Virus record (IMG/VR): IMGVR_UViG_3300032805_000001 | Coordinates: 56,104 to 120,103 of that record | Direction: 5' to 3' (one strand) | Length of the DNA: 64,000 nt | From: a virus | In this document: in pieces, positions 9,523 to 18,578 of the stretch | How positions within the stretch are numbered: position 1 is the stretch's first letter | Layout: each line of letters opens with the position of its first letter | Position numbers and translations under genes: made by a program | The notes under the pieces: model-generated | Seen by the model: the letters and a program-made list of their open reading frames with translations, nothing else | Database searches by the model: none | What the model was told of the DNA's origin: nothing

Positions 9523-9941
9523 CCTGCGTAGAGATAGCGGCGTTCCTGGCCGCCCGGCTGGGCGAGGACGAGGCGACGGCGAAGGCGGCCACGGCCGGCC
9601 CGTGGGAATTCGAGGGCGACGATCCGACCGATGACGAGCTCTACTCCATCCATGACGGCATCGTTGACCTCACGGGCGTGACCGTGGCGTTCACCAGGGA
9701 CCGGCAGGTGGCCAACGGTCGCCACATGGCCCGCCACGACCCCACCCGGACGATCCGCGAGGTCGAGGCCAGCCGGGCGCTCATCGAGCGATATAAGCGC
9801 GCCTGCGCCGTGCGAGAGTCGGTCGTGAGCTTCACCGCCGGCCAGGACGACGGTTACCGGCAGGCATGCCTTGATGCGATCCGCGACCTCGCCGCCATTC
9901 ATAGCGACCATCCCGACTACCAGCAGGAATGGAAGCCGTGA
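9519..9941 (+). CDS. DUF6221-like phage protein
   Basis: AFLAARLGEDE...ARHDPTRTIREVEA...SDHPDYQQEW. Confidence 0.8.
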   Translation: MTCVEIAAFLAARLGEDEATAKAATAGPWEFEGDDPTDDELYSIHDGIVDLTGVTVAFTRDRQVANGRHMARHDPTRTIREVEASRALIERYKRACAVRESVVSFTAGQDDGYRQACLDAIRDLAAIHSDHPDYQQEWKP

Positions 9942-10306
9942 ACGACCTGCTTGCGTTCGTGAGCGCCCGCCTCGACGAGGACGAGCAGGAGGCGAAGTAC
10001 GCCCTGGAGCGCCTGTCCGAGTGCGCGGGAATCCAGGTCTCCGACCCTGAAGACGGCGGCAACATCGGGCACATGGTCGCCTACTCGTTCCACGCCCGCC
10101 GCCACGACCCCGCCCGCGCACTCCGCGAGGTCGAAGCTAAGCGCGGCATCATCCGCGAGCATGAGAGCAGGGACGGTCGCTGCCGCGTCTGCACGGCTAT
10201 CCACGACGGGCGCGCTACCCGGTTCCGCGCGCCGTGCCCGACTCTGCTCTCCCTCGCTGCCGTCTTTAGCAGCCACCCCGCCTACCAGCAGGAATGGGAG
10301 CTATGA
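9938..10306 (+). CDS. DUF6221-like phage protein (tandem paralog)
   Basis: LAFVSARLDEDE...RHDPARALREVEAKR...SHPAYQQEW. Confidence 0.8.
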   Translation: MNDLLAFVSARLDEDEQEAKYALERLSECAGIQVSDPEDGGNIGHMVAYSFHARRHDPARALREVEAKRGIIREHESRDGRCRVCTAIHDGRATRFRAPCPTLLSLAAVFSSHPAYQQEWEL

Positions 10307-10445
10307 ACACGCAATCAGGATCGGTGAGCGAAGCCGAGGCCATGGACGAAGCGCTCGCCACCGCGGCCGTGCTCGGTGCAGCCCTCGCACGCTTCGAGAA
10401 TGCGGTCGACCGCCTGAAAGAGGCGCAAGCCGGGAAGATAAGCGT

Positions 10446-10697
10446 ATGACGGAAAGCACCGATAACCGCATAGCCAAGGCCCTCAGCATCGCTCCGGACG
10501 GCATGCATGACGGCGCGCACCACAAGGACTGGGTGATCGACCAGATCGTCCGCGCCCTCACCGGCTGCCCCGTGGTCACCAAAACCGCGACGGACTACCG
10601 GGGCCAGGAATACGACTACGAAGCACAGGGAGAGTCGACGCAGTACAAGGCTTTCGTCGCAGCGAACGACGGCTGGAGTGAAGGGGTGGCGCCATGA
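10446..10697 (+). CDS. Phage hypothetical protein
   Basis: DGAHHKDWVIDQIVRAL...W.EGVAP motif recalled from small phage proteins. Confidence 0.6.
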   Translation: MTESTDNRIAKALSIAPDGMHDGAHHKDWVIDQIVRALTGCPVVTKTATDYRGQEYDYEAQGESTQYKAFVAANDGWSEGVAP

Positions 10698-11109
10698 CCG
10701 AAGAGGAAAAAGGCCGGGAAACCCGCTATCCCCCCGTGATCTCCAGGTCAGCCACCAGCTTGGCGAACTCGGCGTCAGAGGTCTCGTATTCGCTCTTGCT
10801 GGCCAGGAACTCGCCGTCACACATCAGCCGTACCTCGTTGGCGTACTGGATGAAGGCGTCCAGCGCCTCTTTGCTGACAACGACACGGGACATGTCCGTA
10901 ATTCTTCGCCCTGTCTTCACCCGCTGGCCGGGAGTACGTCTCACGCTAGCAACGTGCTCCGTCGCGCCGCAGAGGCTTAACGCCGCAACCAGGCGGCCTG
11001 ACTTCACCTCTGCGGCGCGACGATCAGGGGCGCATCCCGTGAGGGTTCCCGCAGTTCGCGCGGGGTGGTGCGCCCCAGCCACCGCAAGCCACCCTAGCAG
11101 CAGGACGCG

Positions 11110-11391
11110 ATGATCGACATCAGAAGCACAGGCCTCCAGTTCCGCGGCGTCCCGGTCACTCTTATGAGCGAGGGCGTGGAGGCGCTGTTCCGCCGTTGCG
11201 GCGAGAATGTGGGAACCGGCGTTGGCATGATCCTGCAGACCGCCACGGATCTCGTTGAGCCGCTTGGCTGCATACTCCAATCCGATGCTGTCGGCGGCGT
11301 GACGGTCCTGGTCGAGCGGTTCGATTGCACATACGACTTCGGCCGTCACGAGGGCGGACGCTGGTCCGTCTTCCTGCCGAGCGAACGATAG
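11110..11391 (+). CDS. Hypothetical protein, paralog of 57461-57739
   Basis: IDIRS.GLQFRGVPVTL.SEGVEALFRRCG is shared with the second copy. Confidence 0.65.
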   Translation: MIDIRSTGLQFRGVPVTLMSEGVEALFRRCGENVGTGVGMILQTATDLVEPLGCILQSDAVGGVTVLVERFDCTYDFGRHEGGRWSVFLPSER

Positions 11392-11582
11392 TGGGGAACC
11401 GGAGTGCGGAGATTACACTCGCTGAGCGGCTGCGCCTGTTCTGGTGGAACTGGGTGCGCCGGCCGCTCATCAATGCCCTGTGGCGGCTGCGGAGACGGCG
11501 GTGATCCCGCAGGAGGCATTTGGGGAGGGCCGCACTGACCCGCCCTGTCAGGGGGCAGGCCGGTCGCACTCATCCACCAAGC

Positions 11583-11909
11583 TTAACGGCGATTTTCCTC
11601 GCTGCGCGTTTCAAGTTCACCAGCGAGGAGCGCTGCCGCCTCGGCTTTCGTCGGGGCAGCCACTTTGATGCCTGTCGGCTGGTGGAGGAGACGCACGGTC
11701 GCACCAGGACCACGGAAGACCTCAATGCGGCAGTCCTGCAGGAAGGCGGGTTCGAGGTTGAGGTGGAGCAGGATGCGCTTCACGTCAGCTTCCAATCCGG
11801 TAAGGCGCTGTTCTAGCCGTTCGCCGCGTGACTTGTCCTGCGCGTCGGCCATCGCGGCGTAGCTTCCCTTGCCGTGAACGCGGTCCCAGTCATCGATGTC
11901 AGCACCCAT
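11583..11909 (-). CDS. Hypothetical protein with a release-factor-like VR..H.PTGI segment
   Basis: ORF track; TVRLLHQPTGIKV. Confidence 0.45.
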   Translation of the reverse strand: MGADIDDWDRVHGKGSYAAMADAQDKSRGERLEQRLTGLEADVKRILLHLNLEPAFLQDCRIEVFRGPGATVRLLHQPTGIKVAAPTKAEAAALLAGELETRSEENRR

Positions 11910-11945
11910 GCAGCGGACCTTACCCTGCCGACGGCGCGAGCGGTG

Positions 11946-12197
11946 ATGGGGAACCGGGCCGGGCTGACCCAGCTCTGTCAGGGAGAGGATCGACCGGCCC
12001 GATTCCTGAAACCCATGCTAGGGCCTAGTCAGGTGACCGCAGCAGGGCCGGAGTGGAGCCAAAACTCCTTGCGATCCGGCTCGTGATCCGGGGCGGCCGG
12101 GTGGGGCCAGATCTAGCTGCTACGACAGCACCCGTGGAGACAAGTGGAGCCAGATGAAGTTGCTCTCCTGGAGCCAGAACACGTTGCCCTACTCACT
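11946..12197 (+). repeat. ~250-bp repeat (IS21-like right end), copy 1
   Basis: Near-identical to the reverse complement of 57061-57312. Confidence 0.95.
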
Positions 12198-12224
12198 GGG
12201 TTCGTTAGTTTCGTTAGTTTCGGG

Positions 12225-12268
12225 ACGCCGGCCAGCCGCCCTGCGGGGGTGGCTGGCCGGCGTTTTTT
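12225..12268 (+). terminator. Rho-independent terminator
   Basis: acgccggccagcc...ggctggccggcgt stem followed by a T tract. Confidence 0.75.
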
Positions 12269-12457
12269 GCGTGCCCGGGTAACCGCCGCGGGAACGGGTT
12301 CACGGGGAACAGGGCCGGGGATACGGTCCCGGTCGCCGGCTTGTCCAGTGAGCCGAGAGCGTTGCCGAGGCTTTCACCGAACATGGGTGTCTCCTTACAC
12401 ATGGTTCCGGCCCAGCCGCCTGAACGGGCAGCCGGGCCGGAGACTTTGGTGCCCCGA

Positions 12458-13279
12458 TCAGGGGCAGTTGTAGAAGCCGGGTGTCAGGCTGGTGACCGGG
12501 TTGGTGCAGCCGACGACCTTCCAGATCGAGTTGGCGGTGTCGCTTTCCGGGTAGAGCATCTGCCACGTGCCAGGGCCGCCCCAGCCGGTGTCGTTGAGGG
12601 TCTCCAGGGTGTTGTGGGAGTGGAAACCGTTCGACACGGTGTCCTCGGCGAGGACGTAACCGCCGGTCACCGGGACCGGGGAGAAAACCTGCCACTGGTT
12701 TGCGCTGGTGACGATCCCCGGGTTGCCGGCGCCGCCGTTAGGTGTGCCGGGAGTGAAGGCGGCCCCGGCCGAACTGCATGTACGGAGCACGGTCCACCAG
12801 TGCTTCCAGCCGGCCGGCTTCTCAACCGACAGGCACAGGTTCGCTGAGCTGTTCCAGTCGGCCGTTGTCACGGGGCCGCTGCCGGTGTGGCCGAGCGGCA
12901 CGCCGTCCGGCGTGTACATGGCGACGTATTCGCCCTGCCCGTCGAGCGGGTCCTTCACCTGAACGCCGCCCAGGTTGTACTGGAAGACCGTCCAGTCTTC
13001 GCTGCTGTCACTGGCGCTGTACGGCTCGATGACGACCTTGGAGTTCCAGACCGAACCGGTCGCCGACAGCGTGAGGCTGGAGGCGTTGGGCTGCGTGCCG
13101 TTGCCGAGGCCCGGAAGGTAGATGCCGCCGCACCCGATGGGCGGCGACGTCGGGTGGGCGATATTGGTGCACGTTGAGGTGGTGGCGCTGGCCGGGCCTG
13201 CGAGCGCGGCGGCTCCCATCCCCCCGGCCAGAGCAAGCACGCCGGCACTGGCTGCAAGCTTTCCCTTGAAACGGTTCAA
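12458..13279 (-). CDS. Secreted protein of unknown function
   Basis: Sec-type signal peptide (MNRFKGK..LALAGG..ASA); rich in Cys, Trp and Gly. Confidence 0.7.
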   Translation of the reverse strand: MNRFKGKLAASAGVLALAGGMGAAALAGPASATTSTCTNIAHPTSPPIGCGGIYLPGLGNGTQPNASSLTLSATGSVWNSKVVIEPYSASDSSEDWTVFQYNLGGVQVKDPLDGQGEYVAMYTPDGVPLGHTGSGPVTTADWNSSANLCLSVEKPAGWKHWWTVLRTCSSAGAAFTPGTPNGGAGNPGIVTSANQWQVFSPVPVTGGYVLAEDTVSNGFHSHNTLETLNDTGWGGPGTWQMLYPESDTANSIWKVVGCTNPVTSLTPGFYNCP

Positions 13280-13427
13280 CGTTTCTCCTGTTGTATTTGT
13301 ATTTGGCGTGACTGAAATTTCCCAGCCCTAATCCGATGGCTGGCTGGACGGGGACATGTTCCCCCGGCACCTGGCAGCGGCTCCACGGGACGCTGGCACA
13401 TGCCCGGGGACTGTCCCCGGCCGGGGG

Positions 13428-13850
13428 TTACGCCACCTGCTCCCCCGGTTTCTCCTTCTTCGGCGGCTTCTTCTTCCCGCGCCTCAGCGTCTGTTCCCAG
13501 TGCTTTACCACCGCCGCGATCTCGTCGTCGTCCGCGAGACGTTCCTGGGCTTCCCGCAGGATCCGGTCACATTCCCCGAGAGAAACCGGGCGCGGGCGGC
13601 GCCGGCGCGGGAGAGGCTGTTCCCGGTACCCCGGGTCGTCCATCTCGGATGTCATGAACGTCATCGCGCCCACGACCATCGAGAGGATCGACAACGCGAA
13701 CGCGAGAGGCTGGCCGAGCAGCAGCCACCATGCGGGGCCCAGCACGCCTGCCAGGATGACCCAGACGACGGAGAAGGGGAGGCGGGCACGGAGAATCCAC
13801 GCCGCGGCGGGCGGGAAGAAAAACGCCCCGAGGGCGATGGCGGTGCTCAC
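13428..13850 (-). CDS. Membrane protein
   Basis: Hydrophobic N-terminal half, charged C-terminus. Confidence 0.5.
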   Translation of the reverse strand: MSTAIALGAFFFPPAAAWILRARLPFSVVWVILAGVLGPAWWLLLGQPLAFALSILSMVVGAMTFMTSEMDDPGYREQPLPRRRRPRPVSLGECDRILREAQERLADDDEIAAVVKHWEQTLRRGKKKPPKKEKPGEQVA

Positions 13851-13984
13851 GTTAAGACACTCCGGATCACACGTAGTTGACGCGTCGGTTCGCTGCCGGG
13901 TTTACGTCCCGGGGTTTCGCTTCCCCGCTGCCGCGGGTATTCCTCTGGCGGGGACTACCGGATCCCCGCCCTCCGTTCCGGATG

Positions 13985-14031
13985 GTCACCCCCGGGGCAT
14001 CCCGCACGCTGGCAGGCGTGCCCGGGGGTGA
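13985..14031 (-). terminator. Hairpin downstream of the DUF397 gene
   Basis: gtcacccccggg...cccgggggtgac perfect stem. Confidence 0.55.
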
Positions 14032-14046
14032 CTGGACGGGCTGACG

Positions 14047-14271
14047 TCACTTCCCGAACGGGTCGAACTCGCCGCGTTTCGCACCGCCGAGGAACGCGTC
14101 CCATTCGGCTTTGGTGAGTTCAAGGAACGTGCCGGGTACCCGGCTGTTGCGGACGCCGACCATGCCGCCGGGCAGGGCCGCTACTTCGAGGCAGTTGCCG
14201 TTGGCGAGACTGTCGGAGCTTTTGACCCAGGATGATTCTGTGCCCGGCCGTCTCGATAGCTGCTCGTTCAT
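14047..14271 (-). CDS. DUF397 domain protein
   Basis: WVKSS.S..NGNCLEVA...VGVRNSR.P...W.AFL.GAKRGEFD. Confidence 0.9.
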   Translation of the reverse strand: MNEQLSRRPGTESSWVKSSDSLANGNCLEVAALPGGMVGVRNSRVPGTFLELTKAEWDAFLGGAKRGEFDPFGK

Positions 14272-14954
14272 GTCCTGTCCTCCTCGGGGTTTTCTGGTTT
14301 TCACGTGGGCCTATGGCCCGTTACCGCAAGCTGTTCCCGGACCCATTCCGGGTTGCGGCGGATGAACTCGCGGACCTGGGCGGTCACGTCATGCCGCTCG
14401 CTGGCCGCGAACGTTGCCGTCCCGTCCCTGTTCTCGCTGACCACCCGGCGCCGGGTGACCGCGAAAACCTGCCCGCTGAAATCGGTGAGGTAAAGACTCA
14501 CCGGGTAGTGCCGTCTGCATCCCGGTTCGGTGCAGCAGCCGCTCACGTCCCCTCCCCGGGCGGTGCGTGCACGCCGGTTTCCAGGCCGTCTGCCCGCGTG
14601 GCCAGCAGTTGCGCCGCGTCCTCAAACTTCCGGGCTTCCGCCAGGTCGAGGACAGCTTCCGGGCCGGGGGCCACGCTGGCGGCGACACGTGAGCAGGTGG
14701 CCTCGCCGCGCAGGAAGCTGATGCACTGCTGCCGTTCGTCGGCGCGGGCCAGCGCGATGAACTGTTCCGCGATCCGTGCCGTGAGGTCCGTTGCTGCCTG
14801 AACGTCGGTGACAAGAGCGGTCGCCACGGAACCGGGTGTGCGGGCGGTCAGGAACGCCTTGTTCAGGCACCTCCGCAGGGAAGGCGGCGGATCGGAGGCT
14901 GCCGCAACGTCACGCTTGCCGTTTGCGCTGGTCACAGGCACTCCCCTGCCGTTG

Positions 14955-15001
14955 ACATTTGCTAGCCCTACCGGTAACAACGACCTCACACTAGCAGATG
15001 T
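14955..15001. other. Candidate attP site of the serine integrase
   Basis: Imperfect inverted arms ACATTTGCTAG / CTAGCAGATGT spanning 47 bp, immediately upstream of the integrase. Confidence 0.55.
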
Positions 15002-15019
15002 TGAACTAGACTGGCCCGC

Positions 15020-16510
15020 ATGTCCCGCGACGAGAACGGCCGGCGTGCCGCAGTGATTTACCTGCGGCAATCCCTTGACCGTCTCGGCACTGAAGACGCC
15101 GTGACACGGCAGCGGGAAGACGCCGTGGCCATCGCCGCCAGCCGCGGATTCCGGGTCATCGCGATCCACGCCGACAATGACACGTCCGCGAGAGGCCGCA
15201 GTAAGCGGCCCGGGTTCGACGCCACCCTCGCCGACGTCGAAGCCGGCAACGCCAGTGTGATCATCGCCTGGAACATGGACCGGCTCACCCGCAACTCCCG
15301 CGACCGGCTCCGTCTCATCGAAACAGGCCGCAAAGCCAAAGCGCTCGTTGTTCTCGCCCGCGGATCAGACATCGACTTGTCTACCCCGTCCGGGCGGATG
15401 ACCGCTGACATTCTCGCGTCCGTCGCGCAGGCCGAGATCGAAACGAAATCCGACCGGCAGAAACGCGCCAACTTGCAGGCCGTGCAACGGGGACGCCGGG
15501 TCGGCGGGCGGCGGCCGTTCGGGTTCGAGCAGGACGGCAAGACGCTGCGGCTAGACGAAGCTGACGCGATCAGGGACGGCTACCACGCTTATCTCGCCGG
15601 TTCCACCCTGGCCGCTATCGCCCGTGACTGGAACGCCCGCGGGTTCACCGCGCAGAAAGCACCGTGGGCCGGGTACAGCGTCGCCATGATCCTGAAAAAC
15701 CCCCGCTACATGGGCTGGCGGGGGTACGCGCCCGCGGATGAGAACCGTAAGGGCCGGCCTGTGATCGAGGCGGTCACCCAGGCGGAATGGCCCGCGATCG
15801 TCACCGAGAACATCTGGCATGGAGTCAACGGGATGCTGGCCAGCAAAGCCACGTCGGCTGTGAGCCGCGGCGGGCGTTACCTCCTGACCGGTGTCGCCTG
15901 GTGCGCGCTGTGTGACGTTGAGGGGCAGCCGTCGACGGTGCACGGCGGCGGGGCGGTCCGGCATTACCCGATGTACCGGTGCAGCCGCACCTACGGCCAT
16001 GTCAGCCGCAAAGCCGAGCCGATTGACCGGTGGGTGTCCGCGTACGCTGTCGCCCGCCTGTCCCGCAAAGACGCCCGTGAGCTGCTGACCAGTGCATCAT
16101 CGGAACCTGGTATCGGGGAACTGCGCGCCGAGTACAAGTCGCTGCTCGAGCGGAAACGGAAACTTGCGGAGGACCTGGCGCTGACGGACATGGACCCTGG
16201 TGACTACCGGGAGATGCGGGAGGCTTTCCGGCGGCGTCTCGGTGAGCTTGAGACCGCGATGGCCGGCAGCGGGCGGGCTTCGATTCTCAGGCCGCTCATC
16301 GACGCTGACAATGTTGAGGCGATGTGGGATGCGATGCCCAGAGCCCACCAGCGGCAGGTGATCGACAGTATTTTCACTGTCACCTTGTACCCGGCTGGGC
16401 AGGGAACGCGGACGTTCCGGCCGGAGACGGTGCGGGTTGAACCGAAGCGGGAGAAGCAGGCACTGAAAACACAGCCGGTACTCAACGAGAAACGGCGGAT
16501 AAGGCAGTGA
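15020..16510 (+). CDS. Large serine recombinase (integrase)
   Basis: YLRQS catalytic motif, RPGF, DRLTR, recombinase domain, C..C zinc ribbon, coiled coil; TAGACT -10 box 7 nt upstream (leaderless). Confidence 0.95.
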   Translation: MSRDENGRRAAVIYLRQSLDRLGTEDAVTRQREDAVAIAASRGFRVIAIHADNDTSARGRSKRPGFDATLADVEAGNASVIIAWNMDRLTRNSRDRLRLIETGRKAKALVVLARGSDIDLSTPSGRMTADILASVAQAEIETKSDRQKRANLQAVQRGRRVGGRRPFGFEQDGKTLRLDEADAIRDGYHAYLAGSTLAAIARDWNARGFTAQKAPWAGYSVAMILKNPRYMGWRGYAPADENRKGRPVIEAVTQAEWPAIVTENIWHGVNGMLASKATSAVSRGGRYLLTGVAWCALCDVEGQPSTVHGGGAVRHYPMYRCSRTYGHVSRKAEPIDRWVSAYAVARLSRKDARELLTSASSEPGIGELRAEYKSLLERKRKLAEDLALTDMDPGDYREMREAFRRRLGELETAMAGSGRASILRPLIDADNVEAMWDAMPRAHQRQVIDSIFTVTLYPAGQGTRTFRPETVRVEPKREKQALKTQPVLNEKRRIRQ

Positions 16511-17103
16511 CAGACGAAATCCTTGAGGAAGCGCGAACTCGGGTGCTAGCTGATATTGATGCTGCGCTTGCACGCGACTGGAACAACATCCGCCTGTGTT
16601 CCACGCTCGAACGTGAACGGAAGATCATTCTTCAATCCGACTGGCAGCCGAGCCGGCCACCACGCCGGATGCCGTCACTCTGGGCCATCGCCTCCTACTG
16701 GGACGAGCGCGACACTTTCGGTGACATCCCGCTCGATGCCGCCCCATTCTGCTTCGGATGCCGCAAGCACGCTGGATGGTGGGGACTTCCAGCATGCGAG
16801 GCCCGATGGAATGACGCCTCCTGCTTCCTGGACCGGGCGCATCTTATTACCCGGGACAAGGGTGGTCTTGATGGACCTCAGAACCTCGTCCCCCTCTGCG
16901 AGCGCTGCCATAAGACGATGCCGTTCTTTGGTGTCGGCGACGAGTGTGACGCAATCGAATGGGTGCGGGCTGGCGGCCGATTCGCGACGCCGGGTGTACT
17001 TGAGATGGAGGTCGCGGCGCTAGAAGCCAGATACGCTGCGGCGCGCGACGAGGCTAGGGCGGAAGCGGCCATGGCGCTCGGCGGCCAGTACTCACTCTGG
17101 TGA
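16507..17103 (+). CDS. HNH endonuclease
   Basis: CFGC...RAHLI...GG.D..NLVPLCERCH. Confidence 0.75.
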   Translation: MTDEILEEARTRVLADIDAALARDWNNIRLCSTLERERKIILQSDWQPSRPPRRMPSLWAIASYWDERDTFGDIPLDAAPFCFGCRKHAGWWGLPACEARWNDASCFLDRAHLITRDKGGLDGPQNLVPLCERCHKTMPFFGVGDECDAIEWVRAGGRFATPGVLEMEVAALEARYAAARDEARAEAAMALGGQYSLW

Positions 17104-17495
17104 GGACGGTGGCTGCTGCGCCGGACGGGTGGTGGCTGAAACCTGACGAGCGCATCAAGGTCCAGGTGGACCGGCCGGAAGGTGGGAGCCAGTGACAGTC
17201 GTGATCAGCGTCGTCGCCATCGTCGTCTTCGTCCTGGCCATCGGGGAGGTCATCTGGCGGATGTGGGACTGGCCGGCGAGAGACCCCGGATGGTGGGGTG
17301 CGGGACGGCTGACCGCGATGGTCCTGATCGCGGTCCTGACGTTGCTGATGTTAGATGCGGACCCGGGGCGTCCTCGCTTCCGCGGGTGTCAAGCCCGCCC
17401 CGGGCCGCCACTTCGGGCCGCCCCCCTAGGTCGCCCGCAGAGAGTGTAGCGACAAAAGAGGCGATTTCGGGAACCGGCGCGGGGAGACCGCAGGT

Positions 17496-18071
17496 TTACG
17501 CTGCCTCGCACTCACGGATCCGTTGCAGCACTTCCCCCTCGCTGGCTGGCCGCAGATCCCACGCGTCAGTCCCAGCGTGCAGTGAGCGGTGCCCGTCGAC
17601 CTGTGCCGGCTGGTGGGTGTGGCCGTGGATCAGCCACAGGCCCTCGTCGGGCAGCCGGTACTGCGTGCCGCGTTCTTCGGCAGTGTGGTCACCGGCACCA
17701 AGGTAGGGGAAGTGAGACAGCAGGACCGGGCGGCCGTCGATCCGGATCCGGGCGAATGCCTGCACCGACTCGAACACTTCAAGCCAGCGGCGCTGCCGGG
17801 AACGCGCGCCGCGGTTGCCGGGCCAGCAAGAATCGTGGTTGCCGGTGATGAGCTGCTTGCGGCCGTTCAGCCGGGCGGCCTGCTCGAGTATGCGCGTCTC
17901 GTTGCCGAGGCCGACGTCTCCCAGATGCCACACGAGGTCGCCGGGGCGGACGGTTTCGTTCCAGCGCTTGACGATGAGGTCGTCATGTTCTGCGGGGCCG
18001 GTGAAGCCGCGCAGTTCCGCGACCATCTTGTGCAGGAAATGCGTGTCCGAGGTGAAGTAAACCGCGCTCAT
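17496..18071 (-). CDS. Calcineurin-like metallophosphoesterase
   Basis: SDTHF.H, HLGD, GNHD, LSHFP, HGHTH. Confidence 0.92.
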   Translation of the reverse strand: MSAVYFTSDTHFLHKMVAELRGFTGPAEHDDLIVKRWNETVRPGDLVWHLGDVGLGNETRILEQAARLNGRKQLITGNHDSCWPGNRGARSRQRRWLEVFESVQAFARIRIDGRPVLLSHFPYLGAGDHTAEERGTQYRLPDEGLWLIHGHTHQPAQVDGHRSLHAGTDAWDLRPASEGEVLQRIRECEAA

Positions 18072-18287
18072 TTAGCCTGCGCCCGCATCTCTGGTTTGTG
18101 AACGTCCCGGTGCCAGCGCTTGCGGGCCCCGTCCGACCCCAGTACGGGTGACACCGCTCCGCAGGAGCACTTGGCGACTCCCGTTCTTGGGTGTCCCCAT
18201 GGGCGCACGTACTGGCCGTCCCGGTCGCTCCACTGGAACGGCTTCCCTTCACGCTCCAGGCCGTGGCCGGGGAGGCGGGTGCTGGTG

Positions 18288-18578
18288 TCAGGCATCGCCA
18301 CTCTCCTCCCGTGCAGGCTCACCGTCAGCCAGGATCACCTTGCAGAAGCGGCAGTACCGGGTGCCGGGCTCGATCCGCTTCCCGTAGCCGAGGTACGTGA
18401 CGTACCCCTTCTTTGCTACGGCCTCATCGTGTTCGCCGCGGGCACACCGGGCCTGCTGGTTTGCGACAGCGAACAGTTCAGCGGCCGGATCGGGGCGGGG
18501 CAGTGACCGCTGGATGTAGTTGGTGCCACGCTTGAAACCGTCCTTGTGGCCCCAGCGGTCCACCGGGTCAGGCTGCAC
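18288..18578 (-). CDS. Small Cys-containing phage protein, paralog of 62438-62677
   Basis: DGFKRGTNY...C.RGEHDE...RYC..C. Confidence 0.55.
   Translation of the reverse strand: MQPDPVDRWGHKDGFKRGTNYIQRSLPRPDPAAELFAVANQQARCARGEHDEAVAKKGYVTYLGYGKRIEPGTRYCRFCKVILADGEPAREESGDA

Larger units (their letters stand above)
8743..12195 (+). mobile_element. Non-autonomous IS21-family-derived cargo transposon
   Basis: TG...CA termini, four ~20-bp subterminal repeats at each end in inverted orientation, 8-bp direct repeat CTGGGTTC at 8735-8742 and 12196-12203, istA 5' fragment near the left end. Confidence 0.85.

Noticed and set aside
9519-10306. Diversity-generating retroelement (TR/VR pair) among the paralogs
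   Set aside because: No reverse transcriptase in the window, and the differences do not appear adenine-specific.
12201-12222. TTCGTTAGT tandem repeat
   Set aside because: Only two 9-bp copies beside the insertion site; no function can be supported.
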